64,000 bases of DNA, taken from Clostridia bacterium (GTDB taxonomy: Bacteria; Bacillota; Peptococcia; DRI-13; SM3-B62). The DNA lies in contig JAHDQS010000002.1 of the NCBI GenBank assembly GCA_018433675.1, forward strand, positions 24,884 through 88,883. Direction: 5' to 3'. Below, one piece after another: positions 19,273 to 29,955 of the stretch (positions are counted from its first letter, which is position 1; each line of letters begins with the position of its first letter). The notes beneath the pieces are model-generated. The model was not told the DNA's origin and did not search any database. It saw only the letters and a list, made by a program, of their open reading frames with translations. Position numbers and translations under genes: made by a program.

Positions 19273-20352
19273 ATGAAAAAGAGTAGACTGATACGATCGA
19301 TTTCAATGTTTTTAGTTCTTTGTTTTAGTATTATGATGCTGGCAAGTTGCGGTACCGAATCGGCAGAGGAAACAAAATCGCAGGAACAGTACACTTTAAG
19401 GATGTTTTCCGCGGGTGAAACTGGTATGACTTATGCTTCAATGTCCGCTATTACAGCCATGATCAAAAACCATAAACCTGAGATATGGAAAAGTACCAGT
19501 GCTATACCTTCCTCAGGTCCTTATGCCGGGTTCAGAGCAATACAAAGTGGTGAGGGTGAGGGGACATATTCAAATGTAGGCCAAATGGTTGAACTGTGGA
19601 CTGATACAGGGAACCTAGCCAAAGATCCAATCCCTAAAGAGAAAAAGGCATTAATGGGTCCCTGTCTCTGGGAACACCAAAATGTCCTTCTCGCCAGGTC
19701 AGACAGGGATGATATAAAAAGTGTATGGGATCTGAAAGGGAAAAAGGTTTGTCCCACCCTTCCCGGATATGTCACGGAAGTAGTGTCCTTAATGATCCAT
19801 GATGAATTGGATATTCCTGTTGAGATGGTCTATGTAGAGATGGATGCGATCTGCGATGCTCTTAAAGATGGAATAATCGATGCTTCGTGGGGTTATGTTC
19901 TATCCGGTGGGGGGGTTCCTGCTTGGATGTCGGAACTTGAATTAAGGATGGATGCTAAGGTAGTTCCTTTTTCAAAAGAAGATGCAGAGTTAATTGCCAG
20001 TAAAGTTAAAGGTGTAGCAGCACAGACGATAAAGTTAAGCGATTTTTCTTCAAAGCTTGAGGGACCCAACGAACAATATTCACCGGTTCTTGGTACGTAC
20101 TGGGTCTTCTCGCCTGATCTGTCCGAACAGGCGGTATATGAAATTATGGTGGCCCTTTATGAAAACAGGAAAGAGGTTGGAGAAGTGCACCCGGCCCACT
20201 GCGTATGGGCAGAGGATGCTTTGGGGATTCAGGAAAAGTATGTTGAGTCAGCAGCACAGGCGGGAGTACCTATTCATCCCGGTTTTGCCAAATGGCTCAA
20301 AGAGCAAAATGTGTGGCACGATAATTGGATCGTGGGTTCGGTAAATAAATAA
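19273..20352 (+). CDS. TAXI-family TRAP transporter solute-binding lipoprotein
   Basis: Lipobox LASC; DIKSVWDLKGKKV; DALKDG.IDA; C-terminal VPIHPG. Confidence 0.85.
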   Translation: MKKSRLIRSISMFLVLCFSIMMLASCGTESAEETKSQEQYTLRMFSAGETGMTYASMSAITAMIKNHKPEIWKSTSAIPSSGPYAGFRAIQSGEGEGTYSNVGQMVELWTDTGNLAKDPIPKEKKALMGPCLWEHQNVLLARSDRDDIKSVWDLKGKKVCPTLPGYVTEVVSLMIHDELDIPVEMVYVEMDAICDALKDGIIDASWGYVLSGGGVPAWMSELELRMDAKVVPFSKEDAELIASKVKGVAAQTIKLSDFSSKLEGPNEQYSPVLGTYWVFSPDLSEQAVYEIMVALYENRKEVGEVHPAHCVWAEDALGIQEKYVESAAQAGVPIHPGFAKWLKEQNVWHDNWIVGSVNK

Positions 20353-20360
20353 ACATAGCG

Positions 20361-20418
20361 GGAAAAGCCTTCAGTAAGTTAGGAGAGTTTTTGTTTGGAT
20401 AATACTGAAGGCTTTTCC
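20361..20418 (+). other. 16-bp stem-loop between SBP and permease genes (mRNA stabiliser or attenuator)
   Basis: GGAAAAGCCTTCAGTA / TACTGAAGGCTTTTCC perfect inverted repeat. Confidence 0.65.
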
Positions 20419-20476
20419 TAAAAAAACCTCGAAACTCGAAGTAGTTTCTCCACCTGCATAAAAGGAGGGAACATTA

Positions 20477-22447
20477 ATGGAGCAGCGAAAAAAAGATTTT
20501 TCACAGAAAATAATAATTGCACTTAGCTGCGTACTTTCTTTTGCAACAATACTTTATTCGCTAACATTTTTCGCCACGCGCGCTAAGTTCACTGCTACAG
20601 CACTTCCCATAGCGTTGGTTATAACAATGCTTAACTTGTATTTCAATAGTAATAAGTTTAAACCCAGACCTTGGAAAACGGTTTTAATTTGGATAGTTAC
20701 CATTACGATGTTGCTTTCGGTTCTTTATTATTGGACAGTGTTCTATGAGATGCTCCAATCTAGAGTCGCAAACTATAACAATTTAGATTATTTCTTTGTA
20801 TTTCTGACGATCCCCTTGGTTATATACCTTTCATTTAAAGCTTTGGGACCAGTTTTCGGTACAGTAATCTGTTTGCCATTTTTTCTTATTGTTTTTGGAG
20901 AATATTTACCTGAACCATTTACAATCGGTAAGATGGGCTTTGTCAGATTCCTTGGTTCTATTAGTTTGGATTTGGGCGGTATTTGGGGATCGCTAACACA
21001 GGCTATGGCTACCTATGTTGGTATATTTGTTGTATTTGCCGCTGTGGTAAGAGGCTTCGGCGGTCTTGAAAGTCTTATTGCCTTTTTCGTAAGGTTGCTT
21101 GGCAAACATGAGGTGTTATTTCCTCAGATTGCCACCATTTCAAGTATGATGTTCGGTTCGTTTTCAGGCAGTGCTATTGCAAACGTAGCAGGCACCGGGA
21201 CATTCACCATCCCAATGATGAAAATGAGGGGTATGAAGCCTGAAGATGCAGCCGCTGTAGAAACTATAGCTTCTACCGGGGGGGGGATAATGCCTCCGAT
21301 TATGGGAGCGGCGGCCTTTATCATGGCTGAACTGCTGGGTACCAGTTACTTAAATATCATAGCTGCCGGTATCCTTCCTGCTCTTGTATTTTACCTTACT
21401 ACGTTCTTAAGCACATATTGGATTAGACTGCGTCAAATGCGGCAAGAAGCTAAGAGCATGATAGAAAAGGATGAGAGTCAGCTTGAAAAAAGGATGGCGG
21501 AATTGGATAAAATGTATGATCCCACAATCTTGTGGTGTTTAGTAGCTACTCTTGTTGTGCTGATGTTCTTGCTTCTGACAGGGAGCAGCATCCTTGTGGC
21601 CGGTGGACGTAGTATCCTTGCATTTTACGGTTTTTACCTAATTAAACTAATAGTATCTCAAGTTGCTTCTTATAGAAAAGAGCCTAAGGGAAATATTATG
21701 AACAATATAAAGTCATGTGCGGTAACCTTTATAAAAGGAAGTATCAATGCTTTAAATGAAGCAGGAAAAAGCGCCTCCGAAGTTATCCTGTTGGGGGCGG
21801 CGTTGGGTATAATTTCGAGTACGCTTATGCGAACTGGACTATTATACAAATTGGGGACTGAACTGGTGCGCTTAGCGCAGGGTGAACCGTACTTGTTGCT
21901 ATTGGTGACCGTAGTATTATGCGTTCTATTAGGTATGGCTGTTTCAGGGCTGGCGACGTACCTGCTGGTGGCACCAATTGTTGTGGCAGCCTTTAAAACA
22001 GTCGGGATTGAGCCGTTAACAGCTCATTTTATTGTATTCTATGGTTCAATGCTGGCACCGATTACTCCGCCTATTGCGCCGGCCGCTGCGGTGGCGGCAA
22101 ATTTGGCACAGGCTAATTTTGTAAAAACATGTAAAGCGACCCTCATATTGTCCGTGGGATTAACAATGATGCCGTTGATCTTTTTAAATTTTCCATCTAT
22201 TTTGCATTTAGATTACTTAACGTCTTTAATAATGCTGGGGGCAATGTTTCTGATGTCAACGGGATTATATGTGGAATTCAAGGGTATGAAAAAAATACCC
22301 AACTTCCTGTTGTGCGTATTAGGGGTGTCAATGATGATAGTCCACTATCCCGTATATGTTAGTATAACTATTTCTTTGTGCGCATTTCTGCTCGTTATAT
22401 ATGGCATAAAAAATGTTGGCATGATTCGGATTTTCGGTCAAGAGTGA
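20477..22447 (+). CDS. TRAP transporter fused (4TM/12TM) permease
   Basis: SGSAIANV..TGTFTIPMMK, ASTGG.IMPPIMGAAAF, ITPPIA. Confidence 0.92.
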   Translation: MEQRKKDFSQKIIIALSCVLSFATILYSLTFFATRAKFTATALPIALVITMLNLYFNSNKFKPRPWKTVLIWIVTITMLLSVLYYWTVFYEMLQSRVANYNNLDYFFVFLTIPLVIYLSFKALGPVFGTVICLPFFLIVFGEYLPEPFTIGKMGFVRFLGSISLDLGGIWGSLTQAMATYVGIFVVFAAVVRGFGGLESLIAFFVRLLGKHEVLFPQIATISSMMFGSFSGSAIANVAGTGTFTIPMMKMRGMKPEDAAAVETIASTGGGIMPPIMGAAAFIMAELLGTSYLNIIAAGILPALVFYLTTFLSTYWIRLRQMRQEAKSMIEKDESQLEKRMAELDKMYDPTILWCLVATLVVLMFLLLTGSSILVAGGRSILAFYGFYLIKLIVSQVASYRKEPKGNIMNNIKSCAVTFIKGSINALNEAGKSASEVILLGAALGIISSTLMRTGLLYKLGTELVRLAQGEPYLLLLVTVVLCVLLGMAVSGLATYLLVAPIVVAAFKTVGIEPLTAHFIVFYGSMLAPITPPIAPAAAVAANLAQANFVKTCKATLILSVGLTMMPLIFLNFPSILHLDYLTSLIMLGAMFLMSTGLYVEFKGMKKIPNFLLCVLGVSMMIVHYPVYVSITISLCAFLLVIYGIKNVGMIRIFGQE

Positions 22448-22488
22448 AAGAACAGGCCATAAAACTGTAATGTTGGAGGTATTCATAC

Positions 22489-23013
22489 ATGGATTTAAGT
22501 GGTAATAAACAGGAGAGGATTAAGCGAGTTTCAAAAAAGGCAGGAGACTATGAAGAATTAACAGGGAATTGCGCTCAAGGGCCACTAGCGGCGCTGCAGG
22601 AAGAATTTAACTTGGGCGGTGGTACAGAGATGCTTAAAGCGGCTGTCCTTTGCCCAGGGGTTGCCAGTCACAAGGGAACCTGCGGTGCTTTACTGGGCGG
22701 ACTGATGGCATTGGGTATGGCATACTGCCGGGACAACATTCTTGACCCGGATTGGAATACCCCGGAGGCAATGGAAAAATACTATGCTGACCGAAAGAAG
22801 GCGTACGAGTTCTATGAAGCTTTTAAAAACGAGTTCGGTAGCACAACATGCGGTGAGATCCGTTGCTTATTAATGGGTAGGGATTATGACACGCTGTATA
22901 ATCTTGAGGACAGGAAACAGTTTATTGAAGATGGAGGCAGGTTAAAGTGCCGTATTCCCCCTGAAACTTCCGCGCGACTTGTTGCTGAAATGCTGCTTGA
23001 GGGTAAGGAATAG
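22489..23013 (+). CDS. C-GCAxxG-C-C family putative redox protein
   Basis: NCAQ, GTCGALLG, FGSTTC, C-terminal C. Confidence 0.85.
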   Translation: MDLSGNKQERIKRVSKKAGDYEELTGNCAQGPLAALQEEFNLGGGTEMLKAAVLCPGVASHKGTCGALLGGLMALGMAYCRDNILDPDWNTPEAMEKYYADRKKAYEFYEAFKNEFGSTTCGEIRCLLMGRDYDTLYNLEDRKQFIEDGGRLKCRIPPETSARLVAEMLLEGKE

Positions 23014-23057
23014 TTAGATAGTAGTTACCACAAGCGAAGTTCGGATGGAAGAAAAGA

Positions 23058-23745
23058 ATGACAATTTTTTCGACGTCACATGAGCAGGGGGCACTTGGAA
23101 CATATTACGTTTTCCAAAATTTAAAACCAGGGACAGACGCTTTTGACCCGGGGAATGTCATTGTTTTTACCGGCATTTCCGACATATATACGGTATGCAG
23201 AGCTAACGAGCTGTGCAGTAAATATTCTCTGATACCATTCCTGCCGGATTATCCATAGCTTTTGCCGTGGATTGCTATGTGAAAAGGAATTGGCGATTTT
23301 TTGGCGGAAGACGTAAAAAATGTCCCAAAAGCTGGGCACGAAGGCCCAAAAACTGGCTGCCGATTCAAGCTGATGGGGATCTACAAGTCTTTGGAGATTG
23401 ATGAGCTAGGACCTAAGAAAGTAAAATGCTTTTCTCAATTGCCTCCTGTTTTTAGTATCTACAGTTGTTTAGATGTCTGTATATTCGTCATGGCGACGGC
23501 TCGTGCACTCAACTTTAATGAACTGGGTAGCCGCAGGTTTAGTTAAAGAAGATAATCTTTTGCCGCTATGTGGGTATGAACCAATGATTGGCGGGAGTAT
23601 AGACGGTAAAAAGATTGACCGGATAGAATATCAAAGAGCGCTGGCTATGGCAAATGAGCTTGCCGACTGGGACGAGAATGGCAAGCTCAGGAAATCTGGG
23701 ATGGGTGAGCCTAGCCTTGACTGGGTTGCTGAAAAATTTGCGTAA
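23058..23745 (+). pseudogene. Heavily deleted tungsten/molybdenum aldehyde:ferredoxin oxidoreductase (AOR) relic
   Basis: Fragments in different frames: PGTDAFDPGNVIVF (N-term), VCRANELCSKY (middle), SCLDVCIF, EDNLLP...WDENGK...SLDWV (C-term). Confidence 0.7.
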
Positions 23746-23774
23746 TAAAACAGATCAGGAGAATTTAGGAGGTT

Positions 23775-24959
23775 ATGATCGTGAATTATCCATTTGATGT
23801 GACATCTTACGAAACACATACTAGGATTATTTTGGGCTTTGATAGTATAAAAATGCTTACCCCTGAATTAAAAAACATTAAACCTAAGAAAGTTATGGTA
23901 ATGTGCGGTAGTAATATCAAAAAAACAGGGTTCTATAGTAAATGCATTGAGTATATTATACAAGCCGGTTTCCCGTATGTCATTTTTGACGAAGTATTGC
24001 CCGAAGTCCCGGTATCGGTTGTAATGAAAGCATGTGAGGTCATTAAAAAAGAAGGTTGCGAATTGCTGATAGCAATAGGCGGAGGAAGCTGTATCGATAC
24101 GGCTAAAGCAGCCGGGGTAGTTGTAACTAACGGCGGTAAACCGCAGGACCATGCCGGTTATGAGCAATATAAAATACCTCCGATACCGTTTATTGCAATA
24201 CCTACAACAGCAGGTACCTCTTCCGAAGTAACTTCTATGACAGTGATTAATGATGAGGAAAACAAAGTAAAATTCACGATCGGACATAAAGAACTGGGTT
24301 GCTCAAAAATTGCGATCCTTGATCCCCAAGGTTTGGAAAGTTGCCCGCCAAAGGTAGTTGCCGAAGCAGGTTTCGATGCGTTTACCCATGCTTTCGAATC
24401 TTTTATTTCTTTAAAGGCTAACCCCCATACAGAAGCACTTTCTTTGCAGGGGATAAAACTTATCAGTGAAAACTTGCGGCCATTATATGCAAACCGAAAA
24501 AATATTCACGCGGCATCGAATATGCTTGCTGGCTCTACTATGGGCGGAATGGCTTTTACGACTACAGGTTGTGGAAACGTTCACTGCATAGGAAGGCATG
24601 TAGGTCCATTGCTGCATGTAAGCCACGGTCTTGCTGTTGCTATGGTGTTGCCTGCCGTAGCCCGTTTTAATTACCTGGCCTGTCCTGAGAAATTTGTTCA
24701 AATAGCTCAGGCAATGGGTGAAGATGTTCGGGGACTTTCTGTGTATGAAGCTGGCAAAAAGGCCATCAAGGCTATAGAGGAATTGTGTTCTGATGTCAAT
24801 TTGCTGAAAAAGATGAAGGATTTTGGTTGCAAGGAAGATGATTTTGAACCGTTGGCACAGGACTGTTGGAATGTGTATGAAAGGCATTATCAATATATTA
24901 ATCCGCGTCAGACAACTAAAAATGACTATATTGATATCATTAAAGATGCCTATATGTAG
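23775..24959 (+). CDS. Iron-containing alcohol dehydrogenase
   Basis: GGGSCIDTAK, PTTAGTSSE, DAFTHAFE, H...SHG. Confidence 0.92.
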   Translation: MIVNYPFDVTSYETHTRIILGFDSIKMLTPELKNIKPKKVMVMCGSNIKKTGFYSKCIEYIIQAGFPYVIFDEVLPEVPVSVVMKACEVIKKEGCELLIAIGGGSCIDTAKAAGVVVTNGGKPQDHAGYEQYKIPPIPFIAIPTTAGTSSEVTSMTVINDEENKVKFTIGHKELGCSKIAILDPQGLESCPPKVVAEAGFDAFTHAFESFISLKANPHTEALSLQGIKLISENLRPLYANRKNIHAASNMLAGSTMGGMAFTTTGCGNVHCIGRHVGPLLHVSHGLAVAMVLPAVARFNYLACPEKFVQIAQAMGEDVRGLSVYEAGKKAIKAIEELCSDVNLLKKMKDFGCKEDDFEPLAQDCWNVYERHYQYINPRQTTKNDYIDIIKDAYM

Positions 24960-24991
24960 TTTATAATAAATAAGAGGGAGACCGACTATGT

Positions 24992-25291
24992 ATGAGTGGG
25001 GAAAAATACTATATCTCAATAGTCGATGCGGCTAATTCTGTTGTTTTTGTGCGGGCGGAGGAACTCGGACTTGCGGGGATAGAAATGCCGTGGGAAGTGG
25101 AAAGAAGACCGGATGCAAAAAGGATTATGGATCTGGCGGAAAGAATAAGAGGAACAGTAGCGACTCTATGCCCTGCTCTACATAAAGTAGGTTTTTATAT
25201 AGTTCCGACAACGTATGCGGATGCAACGGGACGTGTTGTTCAGCCGAACAGATTGATCTGGTCGGAAGGTTGGGTTTATATTCAGAAATAG
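24992..25291 (+). pseudogene. Internal fragment of a PrpF-family isomerase
   Basis: SIVDAANSVVFVRAEELGLAGIEMPWE...IRGT aligns with SFVDAANPVVFVRAELFGLTGTEMPWE...IRGT in the intact copy at 37537; lacks N- and C-termini. Confidence 0.8.
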
Positions 25292-25312
25292 GTTTGGAGG
25301 TAAAAGACGCAG

Positions 25313-26668
25313 ATGAGCATATCGGAACAGATAGCAGAATATGTTGTCGCCGCAAAGTTTAGTGATATTCCTGCAAGTACCTTGAGTTATACGAAGGAAC
25401 GTATTTTAGACATCGCCGGGGCTTGCTTAGCCGGTTCGCGTGGATGGGAATACAGTACCGAAGTCATCAAAGGTTTTAGGGAATTTTCTGTGGGTTCTTC
25501 GACAATAATCGGACACGGAGAACGCTTATCCTGTCCTGCTGCTGCTATGGTAAATTCTGCTTTCGGACATGCCGTTGAACTTGACGACGGGCATAGAAAC
25601 GCGGGAGTTCATGCTGGAACCGTAGTTGTGCCAACTGCCCTTGCGGTTGGTGAAACTTTACATTCTTCCGGGAAAGAAGTCCTAGTTTCAATCATCCTGG
25701 GATATGATATTGTTTATCGTATTGCACGAAGCCTTAATCCGGCACAGATCAAAAAGGGCTTCCATCCCAGTGCTTCCTGCGGAACGTTTGGCGCAGCCGT
25801 TGCAGCCGCCAAACTACTTGGATTAAATAAAAGACAGGTCTCTGCTGCACTTGGTCTTGCCGGGTTGCAGACGGCGGGGTTAATGGAGGCTACCATTTCA
25901 GGCCAAGCTTCAAAAGGCATTATGGTAGGGCATGCTGCATCTGCAGGGATAATATCAGCATGGTTAGCCAAGCAGGACATTGTTGGTCCTGATTCCATTT
26001 TTGAAGGGAAACACGGGATCTTCAATACAATATCGGAAAATGTTGACCAGGAAAGCGTTTTGCGGGATATTGGAAAAAGATTTGAAATAGTAGACACATA
26101 TACCAAGCTTTATCCGACATGCCGACACACTCACCCGGTTATAGAAAGCATAATCGACTTAAAAAAAGAACACCATTTTTCAGAGGAAGATATATGCAAA
26201 GTGGTTGTAGGTACTCACGAGGTCGCGGTTAGACTTACTGGGAGCATATGTACGCCGGTAGTTTCCGCAGAAGCAAGGTTCAGTACGCCTTTCATTACTG
26301 CGGTTACTATACGGGAAGGCACGGTGGCAATGCAGCATTTGGAAACAGGGTTCTTGACTGATGAAAACATTAGGAAAATAGCCCGGCTTGTCGAGGTGAG
26401 AGTAGATGAGAAAATAAATGATCTTTTTCCCCAAAAAAGGGGGGCTAAGGTAGAGATTTACTTAAATGATGGCACGAGGCTCGAAAAAACAACTTTTACG
26501 TTAAAAGGATCCCCTGATTTCCCGGTAGATTCGACCGTGATTGATCAAAAATTTCTTAACTGTGCTTCGGGAATAGTGTCACAGGAGAAGATATCCCGAT
26601 TTATTACAATGATCGAAAAGTTTGAAGAGTTGCTGGATATTAGCAGTATTATGAGATTACTGTCTTAA
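25313..26668 (+). CDS. MmgE/PrpD family protein (2-methylcitrate dehydratase-like)
   Basis: GHAVELDDGH...H, GFHPS, KLYPTCRHTH, KGSP. Confidence 0.9.
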   Translation: MSISEQIAEYVVAAKFSDIPASTLSYTKERILDIAGACLAGSRGWEYSTEVIKGFREFSVGSSTIIGHGERLSCPAAAMVNSAFGHAVELDDGHRNAGVHAGTVVVPTALAVGETLHSSGKEVLVSIILGYDIVYRIARSLNPAQIKKGFHPSASCGTFGAAVAAAKLLGLNKRQVSAALGLAGLQTAGLMEATISGQASKGIMVGHAASAGIISAWLAKQDIVGPDSIFEGKHGIFNTISENVDQESVLRDIGKRFEIVDTYTKLYPTCRHTHPVIESIIDLKKEHHFSEEDICKVVVGTHEVAVRLTGSICTPVVSAEARFSTPFITAVTIREGTVAMQHLETGFLTDENIRKIARLVEVRVDEKINDLFPQKRGAKVEIYLNDGTRLEKTTFTLKGSPDFPVDSTVIDQKFLNCASGIVSQEKISRFITMIEKFEELLDISSIMRLLS

Positions 26669-26701
26669 CTTTTGTAAAAAATCAAAAGGAGTGGTATTTA
26701 C

Positions 26702-27343
26702 ATGCAGACCCCTAAACAATGGCATGCCGAAACCATTGGGCGAAGGATGGTTGAGGTGCTTAAAAAAAATAACTTTTATGCTCACTATGTGGCTTCAAAG
26801 GAAGAGGCAGCGCAAAAAGCGCTTGCTTTGGTTGGAGAGAGTCAAAGTATAGGCGTTGGCGGATCTGTTACCATAAGGGAATTAGGTATTATAGAACGGC
26901 TGGAGCAGGAAGGCAAAGAGATTCTTGACGCAACCGTACCTGGTTATTCACCCGAAGAGAACATTGCAATTCGCCATAAGCAGTTTATAAGTGACTGTTT
27001 TCTTTGTAGCACCAATGCTATAACTTTAGACGGTAAATTGGTGAATACGGATAGTACCGGAAACCGCGTGGGGGCAATGGCGTTTGGACCTAAAAAGGTA
27101 GTTATCGTGGCGGGTACTAATAAAATTGTTAAGGATATGCAAGCTGCTATGGAGAGAATAGAAATGTATGTTGCGCCGATGAATAATAGGCGTATGAACA
27201 GGTCGACACCATGTACTCAAAGCGGTATGTGCATAGACTGTTCAAGTGATATTCGTTTATGTAATATCACTACAATAATTAAAAAACAGCCCCCTCGTTC
27301 CAACATTAACATAATTATTGTCGGAGAAGAACTTGGATATTGA
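26702..27343 (+). CDS. LUD-domain (lactate utilisation LutC/YkgG-like) protein
   Basis: GGS.T, STNAIT.DG.LVN.D..GNRV, C-terminal PC...G.C.DC...R.C, GEELGY. Confidence 0.85.
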   Translation: MQTPKQWHAETIGRRMVEVLKKNNFYAHYVASKEEAAQKALALVGESQSIGVGGSVTIRELGIIERLEQEGKEILDATVPGYSPEENIAIRHKQFISDCFLCSTNAITLDGKLVNTDSTGNRVGAMAFGPKKVVIVAGTNKIVKDMQAAMERIEMYVAPMNNRRMNRSTPCTQSGMCIDCSSDIRLCNITTIIKKQPPRSNINIIIVGEELGY

Positions 27344-27407
27344 TATAGATTGATTTAGACTCTTAGTTTAGAAAGAAGGGTTAGCAACGGTAATCGTAAA
27401 TACTTTT

Positions 27408-28427
27408 TTGTTAATATGTATTGGTTATATAGGATATTTTATATTCTCATCGCTTCGTATACCTGCCCCGGCTTTAATGGGATCCTTTACTATAATTGGT
27501 CTGTCTAATCTTTTTGGGGTAATGACATTGCCGGCACCTCATCCCTATTTTTTTATCGCAATGCAAATACTATTGGGAATGTTTGTAGGGATAATGATTA
27601 CCCCGAAGGTGTATAGGGAGTTAATAAAAATAAAAATCCCTGCTATAATTATGATAATATGGGCCCTAAGTATAGCCATAGGGGTAGGATTTCTCCTCTC
27701 CAGGGTAACACCAGTAGACTTCAGAACAGGCATTTTGGCGGCTAGCCCGGCCGGACTGGCCGAGATGGGGATAGTAGCTATTTCAATAGGGGCAGATGTT
27801 GGTTATGTTAGTTTATTGCAGGTACTACGCTTAATCTTAACTCTGCTGATAATTCCATTTTTAGTTAAACATAACATGCCTGTTGCAGAGAAGATACCTG
27901 ATTCAACTAATAAAAAACAAAAAGAGGACATAGCTAAATTGTTCTCTTACCCTATTTTTAAAACAATTGCCATAGCTACAGGGGGTGGCTTGTTGGGCAA
28001 TTATCTTTCCTTACCGGCAGGAGGAATGATCGGGGCACTATTTGCTACTTCTATTATCTCGCTGAGTGGAATTGAACTAAAGAAACCGCCTCAAAATGTT
28101 AACAAGTTTATGCAAATCGGTATCGGGGTAGTTATTGGTTTCAATTTATCACCTCAGACACTGAACCTTTTTGGAGAAATGTTTCTTCCCATATTCTTAT
28201 GTACAATGTTCGTTATATTAACGTCATTCTTAATGGCGGTTATCACAAAAAAAATAACCGGATGGGAGTGGGTTAGTTGCATTTTAGCAGCCGCTCCTTC
28301 CGGGTTTACAGTTGTTACGGTGATTGCTTCTGAAATAGATGCCCATCCTTTGGAAGTGACCTTGTTACAATTGACTAGACTATTGATCATAAAAACATTG
28401 ATACCCTTCTTGGTTATTTATATATAA
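27408..28427 (+). CDS. AbrB-family (putative ammonia monooxygenase-like) membrane protein
   Basis: Duplicated hydrophobic halves with PAGLAEM...QVLR and PSGF...QLTR; start uncertain. Confidence 0.8.
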   Translation: MLICIGYIGYFIFSSLRIPAPALMGSFTIIGLSNLFGVMTLPAPHPYFFIAMQILLGMFVGIMITPKVYRELIKIKIPAIIMIIWALSIAIGVGFLLSRVTPVDFRTGILAASPAGLAEMGIVAISIGADVGYVSLLQVLRLILTLLIIPFLVKHNMPVAEKIPDSTNKKQKEDIAKLFSYPIFKTIAIATGGGLLGNYLSLPAGGMIGALFATSIISLSGIELKKPPQNVNKFMQIGIGVVIGFNLSPQTLNLFGEMFLPIFLCTMFVILTSFLMAVITKKITGWEWVSCILAAAPSGFTVVTVIASEIDAHPLEVTLLQLTRLLIIKTLIPFLVIYI

Positions 28428-28477
28428 AATTTTATAAAGATTTAAATACTTTTCTTTTCAAAGAAAGAGGCAAAAAA

Positions 28478-29461
28478 ATGCATAGCTCACTCCTTTCTCC
28501 GTTAGCTATTAAAAACATGATTATAAGAAACCGCATCGTGATGTCACCTATGGCAATATATAAAGCAGATAATGAAGGATATATTACTAGCAGAATAAAA
28601 GAGCATTACCTGCAAAGAGCCGCTAACGGCGTAGGACTGATTATTGTCGAATCAACATATGTGACAGAACGCGGAAAAAGTAAAGGAAAACAGTTGGGTA
28701 TATATAGCGATAGACAAGTACCGGCACTTAAGAGTTTTACGGAAGAGATAAAAAGAACCGGTTGCAAAATAGCATTACAGCTTAACCACAGTGGTAGTTT
28801 AGGCCAGAAAGAACTTTTAGGTGTATCACCGGAAGCTCCTTCAGCATTGCTGCATCCTGTTTCCCCGTACGATATGCCTGAAGAATTAAACGAAAAACGC
28901 CTTCGTCAGTTGGTGAATGAATTTGGGGATGCCGCCTTTCGAGGTTGCCGGGCTGGCTTTGATGCTGTTGAAATACACGGAGCTAATGGCTATTTGCTTA
29001 ACCAGTTCTATTCACCCTTGACCAATAAAAGGAGGGACTCTTATGGTGGGACCCGTGAAAAAAGGCTGCGTTTTTTGCTAGAAGTTATTCAGAAGGTGCG
29101 AAGCATGATACCTAGCACTATGCCGCTCTTGTTTCGTCTTAGCACTGGTGATCGTATGAAGGGAGGTCTTACCGACGAAGATACCTATTATGCCGCGCCG
29201 CGCATAGTTGAAGCGGGAGTCGATATAATTGATGTATCTGGAGGATTACGCGGATCAAGACCGGAGGAGATGGATAATACTGAGGGTTATTTCGTTCCTT
29301 TAAGCAGAGAAATAAAAAAAATTGTTAAAGTGCCAGTAATAGTTACCGGTGGTATCAAAAAAACCGAATTTGCCGAACGGGTTTTGCTTAACGGGGAAGC
29401 CGATCTAATAGGAATCGGAAGGGCTTTGTTAGAGGATCCGGAGTGGGCAAAGAAAATATGA
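28478..29461 (+). CDS. NADH:flavin oxidoreductase, old yellow enzyme family
   Basis: RNRIVMSPM, GFDAVEIHGANGYLL.QF.SP.TN.R.D.YGG, IGRALL. Confidence 0.92.
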   Translation: MHSSLLSPLAIKNMIIRNRIVMSPMAIYKADNEGYITSRIKEHYLQRAANGVGLIIVESTYVTERGKSKGKQLGIYSDRQVPALKSFTEEIKRTGCKIALQLNHSGSLGQKELLGVSPEAPSALLHPVSPYDMPEELNEKRLRQLVNEFGDAAFRGCRAGFDAVEIHGANGYLLNQFYSPLTNKRRDSYGGTREKRLRFLLEVIQKVRSMIPSTMPLLFRLSTGDRMKGGLTDEDTYYAAPRIVEAGVDIIDVSGGLRGSRPEEMDNTEGYFVPLSREIKKIVKVPVIVTGGIKKTEFAERVLLNGEADLIGIGRALLEDPEWAKKI

Positions 29462-29493
29462 CTATATATAATCATAAGTAGGGATATACATTG

Positions 29494-29829
29494 ATGAAAA
29501 AGGAACCTAATGCTCGTTCAGTGGAACGAGCATTAGATATTTTGAATTGTTATGGCAAAAACCAGAAATATTCTTTAGAACCCAAAATTGCACAGTTAGG
29601 GATGCTTTGCTTTTCCAACCTCGATTTTAGAAATATTGCGGAGCCTTATATGGTAAGACTGCGTGATTATTACAATGAGAGTGTAAGCTGATATATTGTC
29701 CAGGGTGATGATAGGGTATGTGTGGAAAGGGTAGAAAGCACTCAGCCTTTAGGAAGGGTAATTAATGTTGGCGACTGCTTGAATTTGACCGGAGAAGCCT
29801 CAGGCAGAGTGCTTTTGGCTTATTTATGA
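29494..29829 (+). pseudogene. IclR-family regulator pseudogene (paralog of 34737-35486)
   Basis: RSVERALDILNC followed by HTH deletion; in-frame TGA at 29689, then YIVQGDDRVCVERVESTQPL...ASGRVLLAYL*. Confidence 0.85.
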
Positions 29830-29891
29830 AGGGAAAAAATAAAGGAAGTACTAGATAAATTGCGATAACCACACACACAATGTGATGTGCC

Positions 29892-29955
29892 TTGACAAGC
29901 TATACCCATTATTATATAATTGCAATAAAATGAAAACCAATTCCGGCAGACGGAA
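29892..29955 (+). promoter_or_regulatory. Consensus sigma-A promoter plus putative IclR operator, paralog of 17588-17651
   Basis: TTGACA-17-TATAAT; TTCCGGCAGACGGAA at 29941-29955; sequence between -10 and operator nearly identical to the first copy. Confidence 0.7.
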
